64,000 nucleotides of DNA from contig OZ037766.1 of assembly GCA_964035545.1 (NCBI GenBank), forward strand, positions 26,564,343-26,628,342. The letters are read 5' to 3'. Source of the DNA: Bugula neritina. Taxonomy: Eukaryota; Animalia; Bryozoa. A program made the translations under genes and the position numbers. The notes under the pieces were generated by a model. The model was not told the origin of the DNA. It did not search any database and saw only the letters and a program-made list of their open reading frames with translations. Of the stretch, positions 13,201 through 25,521 are shown one piece after another (within the stretch, counting starts at the first letter, position 1; each line of letters starts with the position of its first letter).

Positions 13201-16200
13201 CAAGGGAAGTTGGCCGTGATCAAAGAAACTATCAACTTTACAGAGCGGGTTGTTGGTCTCCCCTACCTGAGACTGAACTATTCAAGTTACTAGCTGTAGA
13301 TATGTGCCCATAACTAAACTATTATATTATATAGTTGACAACTAATCAAGTGCAAAATAGTTTATATGACCACAGTAAGTGTAAAAAAACAGATAAATAC
13401 ACAGGTAAATGTGTACAGGTAGGTGTGGACAGATAGATGTGGGCAAGTAAACGTACACAGGTAGAGGTGTAGAGGTAGGTTATACAGGTAAGTATACAGG
13501 TAGAGGTGTAGAGGTAGGTTATACAGGTAAGTATACAGGTAGAGGTAGGTTATACAGGTAAGTATACAGGTAGACGTGTAGAGGTAGGTTATACAGGTAA
13601 GTATACAGGTAGACGTGTAGAGGTAGGTTATACAGGTAAGTATACAGGTAGACGTGTAGAGGTAGGTTATACAGGTAAGTATACAGGTAGACGTGTAGAG
13701 GTAGGTTATATAGGTAAGTATACAGGTAGACATGGACAGGTAGGTTATATAGGTAAGTATACAGGTAGACATGGACAGGTAGACGTGTAAAATACTCACC
13801 TACTGCCAGTCCAATCAGACTGACACACTCTATAGTCTTCCCTCTGAGCAGCTTCAGCTCAGGCTGTACTGCATTCTCTATTATGACCTTCAGACAAGGC
13901 ATGAACCTGTGAACAGTGAGTAGAGCAGAGTAAGTAACTAGAGTGTGCAGAGTAAATCATCAGCTCACCATGTATAGTATGATGGACCAACTTACTATTC
14001 ATATACAATGTGATATTACTATGATGTTACGTTTCGTTGAAACATTTGATGTATCAACATATAACAAAAAGTCCTAAACAAGGTAACACATCTCACCCTC
14101 AATACTTACACCAACATGCAGGTACTTACTGGTCGTAATAGTCTATGAATTTATCCTCAACTGAGTCAGCTACAGAGGCCAGAGTGGTGACTATCTGTTC
14201 CAACACTAGTTTATTTCCCTTGTTGATCAGCTCATTAAACTTATTGTTCAGAACCTGTGACATACAACAATGTTACACAAAATGTACTACTTGTACTGAA
14301 ACATATAACAACATGTGCTAAACAGGTTACAACATGCACTACATAGTTATACAAAACTACAACTTGTGCACGCACACACATACTATAGCACTTAACAATA
14401 AAACAAACTACGTATGGATAACAGAGTTACCGGCACACTAAACCTACTACCAGCTCTAACAACAATTTATCTAAGCCAACCACCTATACTAAATATTATT
14501 TTACATCATAATTAAAAGAAAGTGGAAATATGTTACATAAAATTTTTAGAGTATGCAGTATAGACTCCACCCACCTTTCAATGAAAATGACTGATGTCTA
14601 AACCACACCCACCCCGGCTAACTTCTGGATTATGCTGCCTAAACCACACCCACCTCAGCTAACTTCTAGAATGTGCTGTCTAAACCACACCCACCTCAGC
14701 TAACTTCTGGATAATGCTGTCTAAACCACACCCACATCAGCTAACTTCTGGATTATGCTGTCTAAACCACACCTACCTCAGCTAACTTCTGAATTATGCT
14801 GTCTAGATACGGAGACAAAATCTGCTTGGGGCAGTCTTCACAGAAGTTGACTAGGGCAGCCCCTGCATGAGCCTGAACTCTGGGGTTAGCGGTGTCATCC
14901 AGCACTGATAAGAGACTCGGTAGCACCTGTCATTACAAATGGCACCTCGTTATTTCATTACACAGGATGGCGCACTAAACGTGCAACCAATACACTAGAG
15001 TCTAGATTGATCAGAGGTAGGCAGATGAAGAGCAATAGTGTTCAAATTACACAGTGAAGGGCTTAGACAACTACATACAACCAAAAATTCTAGTCTGTTG
15101 TATAAACAATGTTGTCACAGAATATATCAATTATTGATAGATTTATAGGATGGATTTTCAATTATCAGGAATTTTGGCATTAGATGGAACATATTCTGTT
15201 TAGGAATAAACAACAAAACTATGTACATATGGAGAATGCACCATATATAACAGAACTATGCATATACAAATGGAGATGTAGAACAAAACTATATACAAAC
15301 TAGGCTGCATCACATCACACATAACAGAAGACTTGCCAGCTAAAAGAACAAATAATTAACAAAAGAGTCTAGCATGAGAAGACAATTGCCACACAGAGTA
15401 CTAGCTATAGTCTGTGAACAGTGACAGCACCTACCGTCTGGTGGAACTTTTTCTGTAGGTTGGGTTGGAAGTCTGTAGACATCTGTCCCAGGGCGTTACA
15501 TGCAGCGTACCGAACTCTGGGGTGGGGGTCTCTGTGGAGCAGAGTATAGAGTAGTAACAGATTCTAACAAATCTAACAAGCTGTCCGCTAAGTAGATTGC
15601 TGCCTCATGCAACTATCATCTGGGCAATATTTTCTTACTGTTTTATAAAACTAGCAGCTCAGGCAGCACAAAAGGGCTTTTGGTGATGCCAAAAAAGGAA
15701 ATCAAATTGTAATGACCCTTGCATTACTAGCAAAGGCCCATATTGTCAACATGGTAAGAAGGAGCTCGTGAAAAACCTCTCACTACTCAAGTCACCATCA
15801 ACATGTTGAGATCTGCAAAGCCAGTTGAACAAAGAGAAGCACATCATTTTACTAGTTAGAGCGATTAGCACGTACCGAGTAAAGGGCACGATGCTCTCCA
15901 CAATCTGGTTCAACATGGTGGCCATGAGCTTGTGACATCCTTCCCCACAGGAGCTGATGGCCATCAGGGCAGCATGCCGACATTTCCAGTCTTCTGAAGC
16001 CAAGAGTTGTGGGATGTTGCTGAGTATGTGAGGCAGCATAGTCTGTGCTCCTACAAACCAACCAAATAGCTGGATATCTCAAGTTGAGTTTAGAATACTT
16101 AGAATAAAGTTTACCGATATGGCAAATGTCTGAAATCAACCGCAAATACGTCTTTTATATGGCAGGTGTACCGATGCATGAAATAGCTTTAGAAAAGATT

Positions 16201-19200
16201 TGTACAGGAAAATCTTCAATCTCCATTATAACAGATACATTCTTGGTGACTTACCTAGACCACAGGCTAAGCGGTCAAGGGCAGATTCTGCAGCTACAGG
16301 GTTGGTGTCGGCCTCATCATCTTCAGGCTAGAATCAAATAATGATACAGGAATAAGTCATCTACACCGTATCTAATTTAATTGTATATGAATTAAAGAAA
16401 AATCGAATATTATTTCAAAAAAGCTAACAAATAAGAATAGGGCAAAAGAAAATAAAAACATCTTTCTTTGAAATGCTTTGCATATGATGACATCAATTAG
16501 AATGACAAGGGGGCTGTACCTACTACACCCCTGACCACCCCCTGACCACCCCCTGACCAGTACGAGTATTACAAGTGTAACGAGAAGCTAGTAACCTCAT
16601 CTTGTGTTGACCAATCATCTTCATCTTCCAAATCACACATCAGTTGCAGCACAAGCACTATGATAGTCGGTATGTACTTAGACTGTTTTCTCAACATAGC
16701 AGATGCTGTCTCGGAAAGGGTGGTCACAAGCTCTAAGGCTAGCTGTCTCCACGAGTCTTCCATCTCTTTGTTAGAGATAATCTACAGTACAGACACCATT
16801 AACAGGTAAAATTTACAGGATATAAATTATACAATATTCAATACATATCTCTAGAGACTAATGTACTGGAGTCACTTGCCTTAATATACAGTGCTTCCTC
16901 CATATCTCACAGTTCCCAGTTTTATGAAATTTTATAGGTCATGGGCAAATTTAACTGATGCGTCAGCTAAATCCGATATTCTACTATGTCATGAATTAAG
17001 GTTTCAGGGCACGTAGCTTAGTGAGAGACGGAGGGAGTACTGCCGTAACTTACCTCTAGAACAGAGGGTACAATAGTCACACTGCAATGACTTACCTAAA
17101 TAGAGTAACCTACTTTAATCTTGTACTTACCTTTATACAGAGCTCGAGGACAGAGGGTAGCTGTGGTCTGAGATACTTAGGGATATTCTCGGCCACGTCT
17201 ATCAGACACTTGAGAAGGATATCGTCTGTCTGTGAGTCCACAGACACAGTGATGGTGTGAATTATCCCCGGCAGCAGGTCTCTCAGGTAGACTAGCAGCT
17301 GCTGGTCCGTGTCATTAGACACCAGGAAGGAGCATGCTGCCTTGGCAGCTGAGAAACACACCTGGTGGAATACAGGTAAACAAATGCTACATGAACACAC
17401 CTGGCATAACACAGGTGAACAAATGATACATGAACACACCTGGTGTAATACAAGAGAAAAGACATGAAGTAAAAGAAAACCTAACTTTTCAGCAGCATTA
17501 GCTCATACTGAACTACTCTCTAGTCCGAAATCTTGACTTTACATCGCCATATATAGGGAAGGGGTGAAGTAGTAACACAACTTGTGTGGCACAGAAGCAG
17601 TATAATACATACATTACCGGACAAACTTTTAAAAAGAAGGTAGGAAAGTCACTTCCTGCGAGTAGCTCACTTACTTCTGACTGTTCGGATAAACACGAAA
17701 GTAACATCTGTTTGATAGTTTCTAGGTGGTTGGCTTGCTGGTTACCAAATATACCAGGGACAGAGCTGCAAACATACGAGTTCGTAAATATAGATCCAGG
17801 AGAGCTTTGTGGCTGGTGAAGGGTTACAAGGTAAAAGGCTGGCATGTATGCAACTGAGACGTTGCGTACAATTACATAACTTAGAAATGTCTAGCCACCC
17901 AGCACCCTGGTATATGACCAGAAAACTTCTAAGAATTTACCTAGCATACAGGTATTCGCAAGGTCCCCATGTAAATGCACTGTGTAAGATGAAATGATAC
18001 ACTTTATGAATATTTTTATCCTACTTCATTGCAGAACATATCATATAAGAGTATAAGCATTAAACGGCGATAATTAACGGTGTGTAATGAAGTGTGTTGA
18101 GTGACAGAAAACAACTTTAAAGTTTCAACTACAATTACAATAGTTAATAATAATAAAAACTATCTTCAACTATTGATGGAAGGATTCACAAGATACGATT
18201 GTGAAATTGAACTGATATTAAAAATAGCAGTTCTACCACAGCATACCTAATAATACCTGCTGCCTGTATGTTAGATCACATTCTTATATAACTACACTGT
18301 CACTCATATAATTCAGGGAATGCATACCTAGTTAGTCCAACAACAAGAGCAGTTATATAGTTAGTATAGAATACACTAATCTACTATAATCACGGTGGTA
18401 CATCACGAATCGCTGACATTCCTGGCCCATGATGTCATGATTCTACATGCACTGCAATATTAAGCTGGCAGCTGATGAAGGTGTTGGGAAATGCTGACAC
18501 ACGCACTGTAAGGTGAGTTCTATTTAATCCAATAAATACAATTAGTTGAGGTAATTAGCAAAGGTAATTAGAAGGCCCTTCTTCTAACTAGCATCATGGA
18601 CAAGTAATTGAAATGGCAATACAAGATCATCTCTTAATGGTGCTGCTAATGGAGCACAAAAATTATTGGATGGGCAGTAAAGAAAATCAGGTAATTTTAG
18701 CTGTATTGGCAGTATCAGACCACTAGCAGCCTAATATCAGACCACTAGCAGCCTAATATCAGACCACTAGCAGCCCAATATCAAACCACTAACAGGAACA
18801 CCTTTTGGAAGCTAAATTTGAGTACAACAATCCATATGGCTAGCATTTCATACATTTAAATTACTTTATACTTTGATGATCTGTACAACGCAAATAAGGT
18901 ATTAGGAAATACTCTTTTATAATTACAACAATGCTCAAGCTGCTTAGTACCTTGTGCCCAACTGTGGCACAAGGAGACTTACAGCACAAGGCAGTAAGGA
19001 ATAGCTGAGTACCTGAATATGTGAAGAGCACTGTCCTTCAGGGACGCCTCCGTAGACTGCACGCACTCAAAGAGAAACTGTAGGATCTCAGGCCAAGTAT
19101 TGTTAGACTCCTCATCTACAAACACACAAGTACGCCAGTTACACACATCAAAATACTCACTAGGTTAGACCAGGGGTTTCTAGCCTTTTCAGCGCGACGG

Positions 19201-21424
19201 AATATTTCATGACGAGGGCAACATTTTAAACTTTAGCTTGAGCTGGGGGGGGGGGCCACAGTATCAGTATTCTCCGAATTATTTTATCCTAAATCCTTAT
19301 GAAGCATTACGCAAGAAAGTCCCAATAGTTAATGCAGGCTGCATGTTTTGCAGCACGCGGATATTTTATCCTAAATCCCTATGAATTATTACGCAAGAAA
19401 GTCCCAATAGTTAATGCAGGCTGCATGTTTTGCAGCATGCGGATAAATAAGACATTTAAAAGGTGGTTTTTCACTTTAATGTATACTGTGAAAATAACTT
19501 TTAGTCTTATGCCTTTGAGGGTCACATAAATGTAAGCAGGGGGCCACATCCAGCCCTGGAGCCGCCTGTTGGACAGCCCTGGATTAGATTGTCACGTATC
19601 CAGTAGCCCCTCTCACCTACCAATCAGATTCCTGCACAGCTCAGCGGCAGCGTCGCAAGCCTTCCTCCTGAGGGACACTTCCTTTTCCTCTCTGATGGCG
19701 GTGAGTAGCTGATGCTTGGCGGCAGCTTTATGCTCGTCCGGCAGCTTTTCCCACAATTCCTCAAAGTCTCCGGTGAACAGCCGTCTGAGCAACACCACCG
19801 CCAGGATACGCATCTGACAAGAGCAGATCACATGCAGACAGATGACAACAAACAGCAGGTTCTCCACATAAGTTATAGATATTGAGTTTACCTGTTAGCA
19901 TAGCTTCAGGAAGTCAAGCTAAGAGCATATATTTACTAACAAAACATCTAAAACACTTTGTAGACCCCTTTAAGAATGTTGTAGAATTGAAAGCATTACC
20001 TGAACTGCACTGTTACATTCCAGACCAAAGACTAAATATAGCATGACAGGTACATAAACAATTATAACTTACCTCCAGTGACTTGGAACCATCTCTGGCC
20101 ACAGATAGAAGAAGCTCCAGTCTTTGCACAGGTGTTATGGTATCGTATATCGTCTGCAAGGAGATAAACCAAAGCCTCAGAGCATATATTTAAAGAGCAA
20201 AATCCTAATAAACCATGACACTAGGCTACAAATCAGTCTATTACACATAGTATAATGTAAGCTTGAAAAAGAGGTCAAGAGTTAGAGGTTTGCAACTAAT
20301 AGGTACTAGATAAGCTAGCATGTCAACTAGTTTAAGCCAAACAGTGTCAAATTTTGTGATATCCTCAAAAAAGTAGACTGATTACCTGTAGGCAATAAAA
20401 TAAATTCAACCCATACTTATAAAATACAATTGACTCTAGCACCATTTAAACTTAGTTGAATTGAGCAACAATAAAGCTAGTCCATAACAGTTGAAAAAGA
20501 CCAACAGTTATTTGTAGCATACTCTTACTTTAGGAGTGTTTAAACTGTGATTACTTAAAGTTAGTATCATTACTATTATACTTAGTAATACCACTACTAG
20601 TACTACTGAAATATTATTCATTTTGACAGAACTTGAGTATGTTGGGTTGAATAAGCTATCACTATAAATATTACTAAATATTGCCTATCTCAGTCTTACC
20701 ACCCTTCATAAAAAATAGTTAGCCTCAACTTGAACTACCTCAATCTACCTAGTCTCTTTTAACCAAAGCCAAAGGACAGGTATAGCCTACATAGCAAAAG
20801 TTACTTTAACTTGAATTATACTTATAGTAATACTAATCCTTAGTTATATTTATAGCCATGGGCATAATTTAAACTAAAACCATAAGAATTAAGATTAAGT
20901 ATAATAAATATAATAACTATTACTATAAATAAAAACAAATTCATTAATATTATAATTATTATTAATAATTATTGATAATTTATCTATCCTTATATTTAAT
21001 TTTACTATAACTTAAATGTAAATTGTACTAACAAAAGTTAGTTATTAGTTATACTAATACTTACAGTTACTACTCTGACTCAGTCTTATAACTTACCAAT
21101 AAAACTAAAAGTAAAAGCTATACCTATGCCTATTACTATTAGTATTACTATTCTATTAGTATTACTATTAGTATTGGGTAAAGTATTAGTATTACTTTTA
21201 GTAAAGTGATACTAAGACTAATAGTAATAGTAAATGATTTATTATTACTATGAGTATTAATATTACTATTATTAATAGTAATAGTAATACTATTGGCTTT
21301 ACTTTAAGTTTTATATTTAAGTTCAACTTTTAGTTTTTACCTCTGCTGAACTTCTGGTCTCATTATCACCACTGAGCAAATTTTGAAGTATTTCATGAAA
21401 CTGTTGTTGAGTATTCTCGGCCAT
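7202..21424 (-). CDS. IPO5: Importin-5 (karyopherin beta-3), about 25 coding exons
   Basis: First exon 21341-21424 reads [28 protein letters not shown]. Internal exons carry IPO5 signatures [111 protein letters not shown] and [15 protein letters not shown]. Last exon 7202-7285 ends ...ALYTTMNS*. The introns I checked are GT-AG. Confidence 0.96.
8405..8545. repeat. 42-bp intronic tandem repeat, about 3 copies (IPO5)
   Basis: TACGATAAT recurs at 8411, 8453 and 8495. Confidence 0.85.
10158..10495. repeat. 21-bp intronic minisatellite (TTAAACCACGCCCCTACTGTG), IPO5
   Basis: Direct periodicity; explains the spurious ORFs 10152-10475 and 10156-10455. Confidence 0.95.
11337..11530. repeat. 21-bp intronic minisatellite (TAGCTAGTAATACAGTGTGAG), IPO5
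   Basis: Direct periodicity, starting right after the donor of the exon at about 11535-11646. Confidence 0.95.
13455..13790. repeat. 39-bp intronic minisatellite, IPO5
   Basis: GTATACAGGTAGAC recurs at 13562, 13601 and onward; the array starts about 10 nt after a donor site. Confidence 0.95.
14597..14806 (-). repeat. 41-bp tandem repeat x5 spanning an IPO5 exon end and 5' splice site
   Basis: Minus-strand unit TAGACAGCATAATCCAGAAGTTAGCTGAG|GTGGGTGTGGTT, with exon-end positions at 14777, 14736, 14695, 14654 and 14613. Confidence 0.92.
17355..17452 (-). repeat. 39-bp tandem repeat that triplicates an IPO5 3' splice site
   Basis: CCAG|GTGTGTT on the minus strand, with first exon bases at 17361, 17400 and 17439. 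Confidence 0.88.
18713..18795. repeat. 22-bp intronic tandem repeat, about 4 copies (IPO5)
   Basis: TATCAGACCACTAGCAGCCTAA repeated. Confidence 0.85.
19171..19581. mobile_element. Non-autonomous hAT-like DNA transposon (MITE) in an IPO5 intron
   Basis: Ends CAGGGGTTTCTAGC ... GTTGGACAGCCCTG resemble hAT/Charlie termini. The 8-bp flanks GGTTAGAC and GATTAGAT match at 6/8. Contains an internal direct duplication of about 80 bp. Confidence 0.7.
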
Positions 21425-22734
21425 TTTTTATTAAAACTGCAAGTCTTCAGAAGATTGGCAAATATGGAGTTTAAACCGCGAGTTCAATATGATAAACGAA
21501 AAGTAGTCAACTTTCCATTTACAGCACGTTGGCTTATAGAGCTGAAAGGATAATACCCGGGCTTCCTGTTGTAGTAGAATATGCAAATTGTCAATCGCTA
21601 CATGGCCCATATATTAACTTGTGACCTATCTTTTGAACTTGAAGCGAAAGATAACTCTGAGAACATATAAGATCTTGATTCTTGATGAATCCAGGAATTG
21701 CTAAACTACCTTGGATTGTTAGTGAATTCGTATAAATTGATTTATAACTCATTATTAAGTTATAACATGCGATAATGTTGTGGTTATATCAGTAAGCAAA
21801 ATATTGCAACTTGCAAATAGCAGCAGTAAAATTGTAATTGAGCTAAATTTTTATTAAGACTGCTCCAAGCTTTGTATGAAGATTATTCTTTTTACCTATA
21901 TAGCTGATTTGAAACTTGATGTTGCCTAATTACGTGGTGGTTAGTTTAATTAAATTCTCATTTTTAAAAATATATATACTTTCCTATTCAACTTTTGCAA
22001 TATTTAGCTTTTCGATTATAAATTACAATATCATTGCATATACCTACTGCTTATTGCTATTATTGGTGGAATCAAGACTGCAAATGTAGTTATAATGCCT
22101 TTAAAATTGATTAAATAGGGATGCATGCAACACTTGAATTAAAGTTAAAACAATTAAATAAAAATATAAAATAAAAATATAGAACTAAATAAAATAAAGC
22201 TAATAGAATATATCACTAAAGAGACGTGACCTAATGATACATTATAATATATTGCTTGTTATATGGCCTTTTTATACGTGTGTTGTCAATTTTTGCCCAT
22301 TAGCTCAATTTTCAAGTATAATGTTTAATGGAAAATAGGTTGCTAGCAAAAATCATGAAGTAGCAATAATTAAACTATATGTTTATTAGGACAAAAATTA
22401 TTTTGGATTATATAACAAACAAGGTCATAATATTTTATACCATCAAAAGAGAATTAGAATATATATTATATATAGAAGTTAGAATTCAATGCCTTAAGTA
22501 AGACATTTATCTCATGAGAGTTAAAGAACAAACATAATGTACAGAATAAAACAAATAATAGACTAGTGACAGCAAAAGTTACATTCAAGAAAAACTGAAA
22601 TACAATAAATAATATTCAATGAGTTTCAAAAATGGAAGATAATAATGTTTATTAAGTGATGGTTTTCATTACATTATAGTCCTTGCATGTGTGCTGGCAA
22701 TGTTAAGATGTATAATTGAAGATGGTGCTTGAAT

Positions 22735-25521
22735 TCACTTGTCATGTTCGCCAATAACCTTGTCAACAACTTGTTGGTACAGTAGCTCAAACTTGTTTGT
22801 CGAGTCCAAAAACCATTCAGATCGCTAAAAATAGCGCCACGAAATATGAATAAAGTTAAAGCTGTTAGACTAGTTAACATCAATAAAAAAATTATTCGTA
22901 AATATATCACAAAGATAGAAAATTTAACAAGCAAAAATAATATATCTTATTTAAGTTCATCAACATAAATTATACATGTATATATCATCATTATAACAAA
23001 ATCCTTTAACGAACTCTATAGAAAATCAAAGTTTTCTGCTTTTTGATCAAAACTAAGCATATAATGATTGTTGAATGTACTAATATATGTAGTTTGCCAT
23101 GAGATATATGTACGTGGCTAAGATTTACCTTATACATGTTTATGTTGTCGCATTATATAAAATGTATTTATTATATAGAACCTCAGCTAAACAGAAATTA
23201 TGAAATCTATGCTACCTTTAATTTAAATAGGCTATTGAATTCAATATAGAAACTCATTTTATATCAAATAAACTTTTGTATGAGTCACTAAACTGAAAAA
23301 AGAAAAAAAATTCAACATACCCTTTTCAGGTTATCCAGCTGCTTAGCCTTCAGGGTTTGGTTCACTTCTTCACATTGTTTCATGAGTTGTTTGGTTGCTG
23401 ATTGAGGTGATAGAGCCAGTTTTTCAAACTCCAATATCTCATTCTGTTTCAGCTCACCAATTTTTGTGACATCAGCAAAGAATCTCAAATTGTTCACTCC
23501 AAAGACAGATGCAGAAGTGAAGTTTGTTATCATGATTTCCATTAGCTGGTTTGCCTTCTGTTGCTTGACGGGGTCCTTATTGCTGTTCCTACATTATAAG
23601 AAAGATATTTACAAGGAGTTATAAAATTTTATTATAGATATTTCTTTTGTTTATTAAAAAATTTTTATTAAATTTCATGCACAAAAACATATGTAATTAT
23701 TATATACGTATTCATTATATAATTTACAAACTGCTTCAATTGCAGGTTATAGTCACTTACACAAATATACAGCTTGTGATGGAATTGGCTAGGAATTCAG
23801 TAGACAGATTTTGACATTTGCAAACAGTATAAGCTAGTCCTACCATCAGTGTTAGTAACCTTTGGTTTTGGTTCGGGAGAGATTTGATTAGTCTGTGAAA
23901 AGTAGATATATAAGTAATTCCTTATGTTATACATACTACTACTACTATAATATGTTATGCATACTACTACTACTATATGTTATACATACTGCATGTGTAA
24001 TATACACAAAGAATAAGATAATAGCTTTATTTTCAGGTTAGCAAATCTAAAAGCTTATCATACATAAATTATAAACATAATATGGCTGATTTGACTTTCA
24101 ACTTAGTTGTCAGAATTTAAACTGAAATAAAGTAAATGCTAAGGAGGCTGCAGATTTCAAAATAAAATGTCTAAAACACTTAGTTATTTTATTCTCACCT
24201 GTTTAGAACCCGTTTCTGTTTAAAAAGATCCCGAACTTTCAGTACCTTAAAAAACTTTTTTTCAACTGTTTTTCCAAGAATGCCTCCAGGTAGGTGCCAT
24301 AAAAATTTCTAAAAAAGTTAGCAAATGATACAGAGAAAGCAATAATTTAAATATAGCTAGTCTAATGCTGCTGTCTATAAATAACAGTGAAAAACATATA
24401 TGTTCTGCCTTTTAGTTTTAGTCAGCTGATTTAAATTTATTAAATTTTAGCCAAATCTTAATACTAATAACTGTAATTCTAATGATGAACTCTTAGTTAT
24501 GAGCTAAACATGAGTGAATTACAATGTATAAGTAACTTACTTTCACTAGAGAGCATAATGAGTGGACAGAAAAGCTGGTCAACTGAAGCATCTGTCCTGA
24601 AGAGAAACTTTTAGTTAGACAGCACAGTTCTGCAGAGAAACCAGGTTTGGTGAAAATTCCGACGTGAAAGAAGAGCCCCTCAGTGAATATGTGAATTAAT
24701 ACATTCTGTAAAATGACATTGTATTGTGACTTGATAGGCTATAGACTGCATATACTACTTTATAATATAATATATTATAATTTATCATATCATATTATTA
24801 ATATGATGGCAATGCTGATTATATTGTAGTATAAAATATTATTTTAAATTATAATATAACAATATATTATATTGTAGGTACTATATGTTACATTATGCCA
24901 ACTTATATTGTAAAATGTCATACCATATTAAATTATAATTAATTGATTATGTTACAAATTAATACGTTAGTTTATATCATAATAATATATATTACATTAC
25001 ATTGTTTAATGTTATTCTATAGGCTTACTATATTATATTATAGTTTATTATATATTGTATTATGCTATACTGTATTATAATAAGTTATAGTATATCATAT
25101 AGTACATGTTAAATCTTATTGAATTACATTATAGTAAGCTGCCTTAGCTATATTATGTACTGTAATATTGTATAGTTGCAGTGTCACCCAGTTATTGCAT
25201 CAGTATACACAGCTATATGACTCACCATCAGCATAGCAGGAGTTGTCTTCCTTTTAAAAGTAACTTTTAATGGCATTCCAAATTTCAAACTAAAATGGCA
25301 CACATTGTGGTTTTACATCTCAACAGTAGTGAGCATGTTTCAACATTCATAATATATTAATGTTTATCATCAGCTATTGGTTATTTGTGCAGGTATATTA
25401 TTATAGGTCATACAGTTTTAATGTTTTAAAATGTAAAATGTTCTATTTACCTGCGTTGCTCCTGCTCGCCAAGCTCCATAGCAGACGATTTCCCAGAGAA
25501 CAGTTTTTTAAAAAAATCCAT
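22735..25521 (-). CDS. RhoGAP-domain protein (ARHGAP20/TAGAP-like), 299 aa, probably catalytically inactive
   Basis: Seven GT-AG exons with consistent phases: 25451-25521, 25226-25289, 24541-24705, 24199-24308, 23761-23892, 23321-23588, 22735-22824 (900 nt). Motifs LKFGMPL, GLFFHVGIFTKPG, SVHSLCSLVKKFLWHLPGGIL, LIKSLPNQNQRLL, LSTEFLANSITSCIF and LMEIMITNF follow the RhoGAP helix order. Confidence 0.82.

Noticed and set aside
10152-13902. Repetitive ORFs ([25 protein letters not shown])
   Set aside because: Translations of IPO5 intronic minisatellites; only the exon parts are coding.
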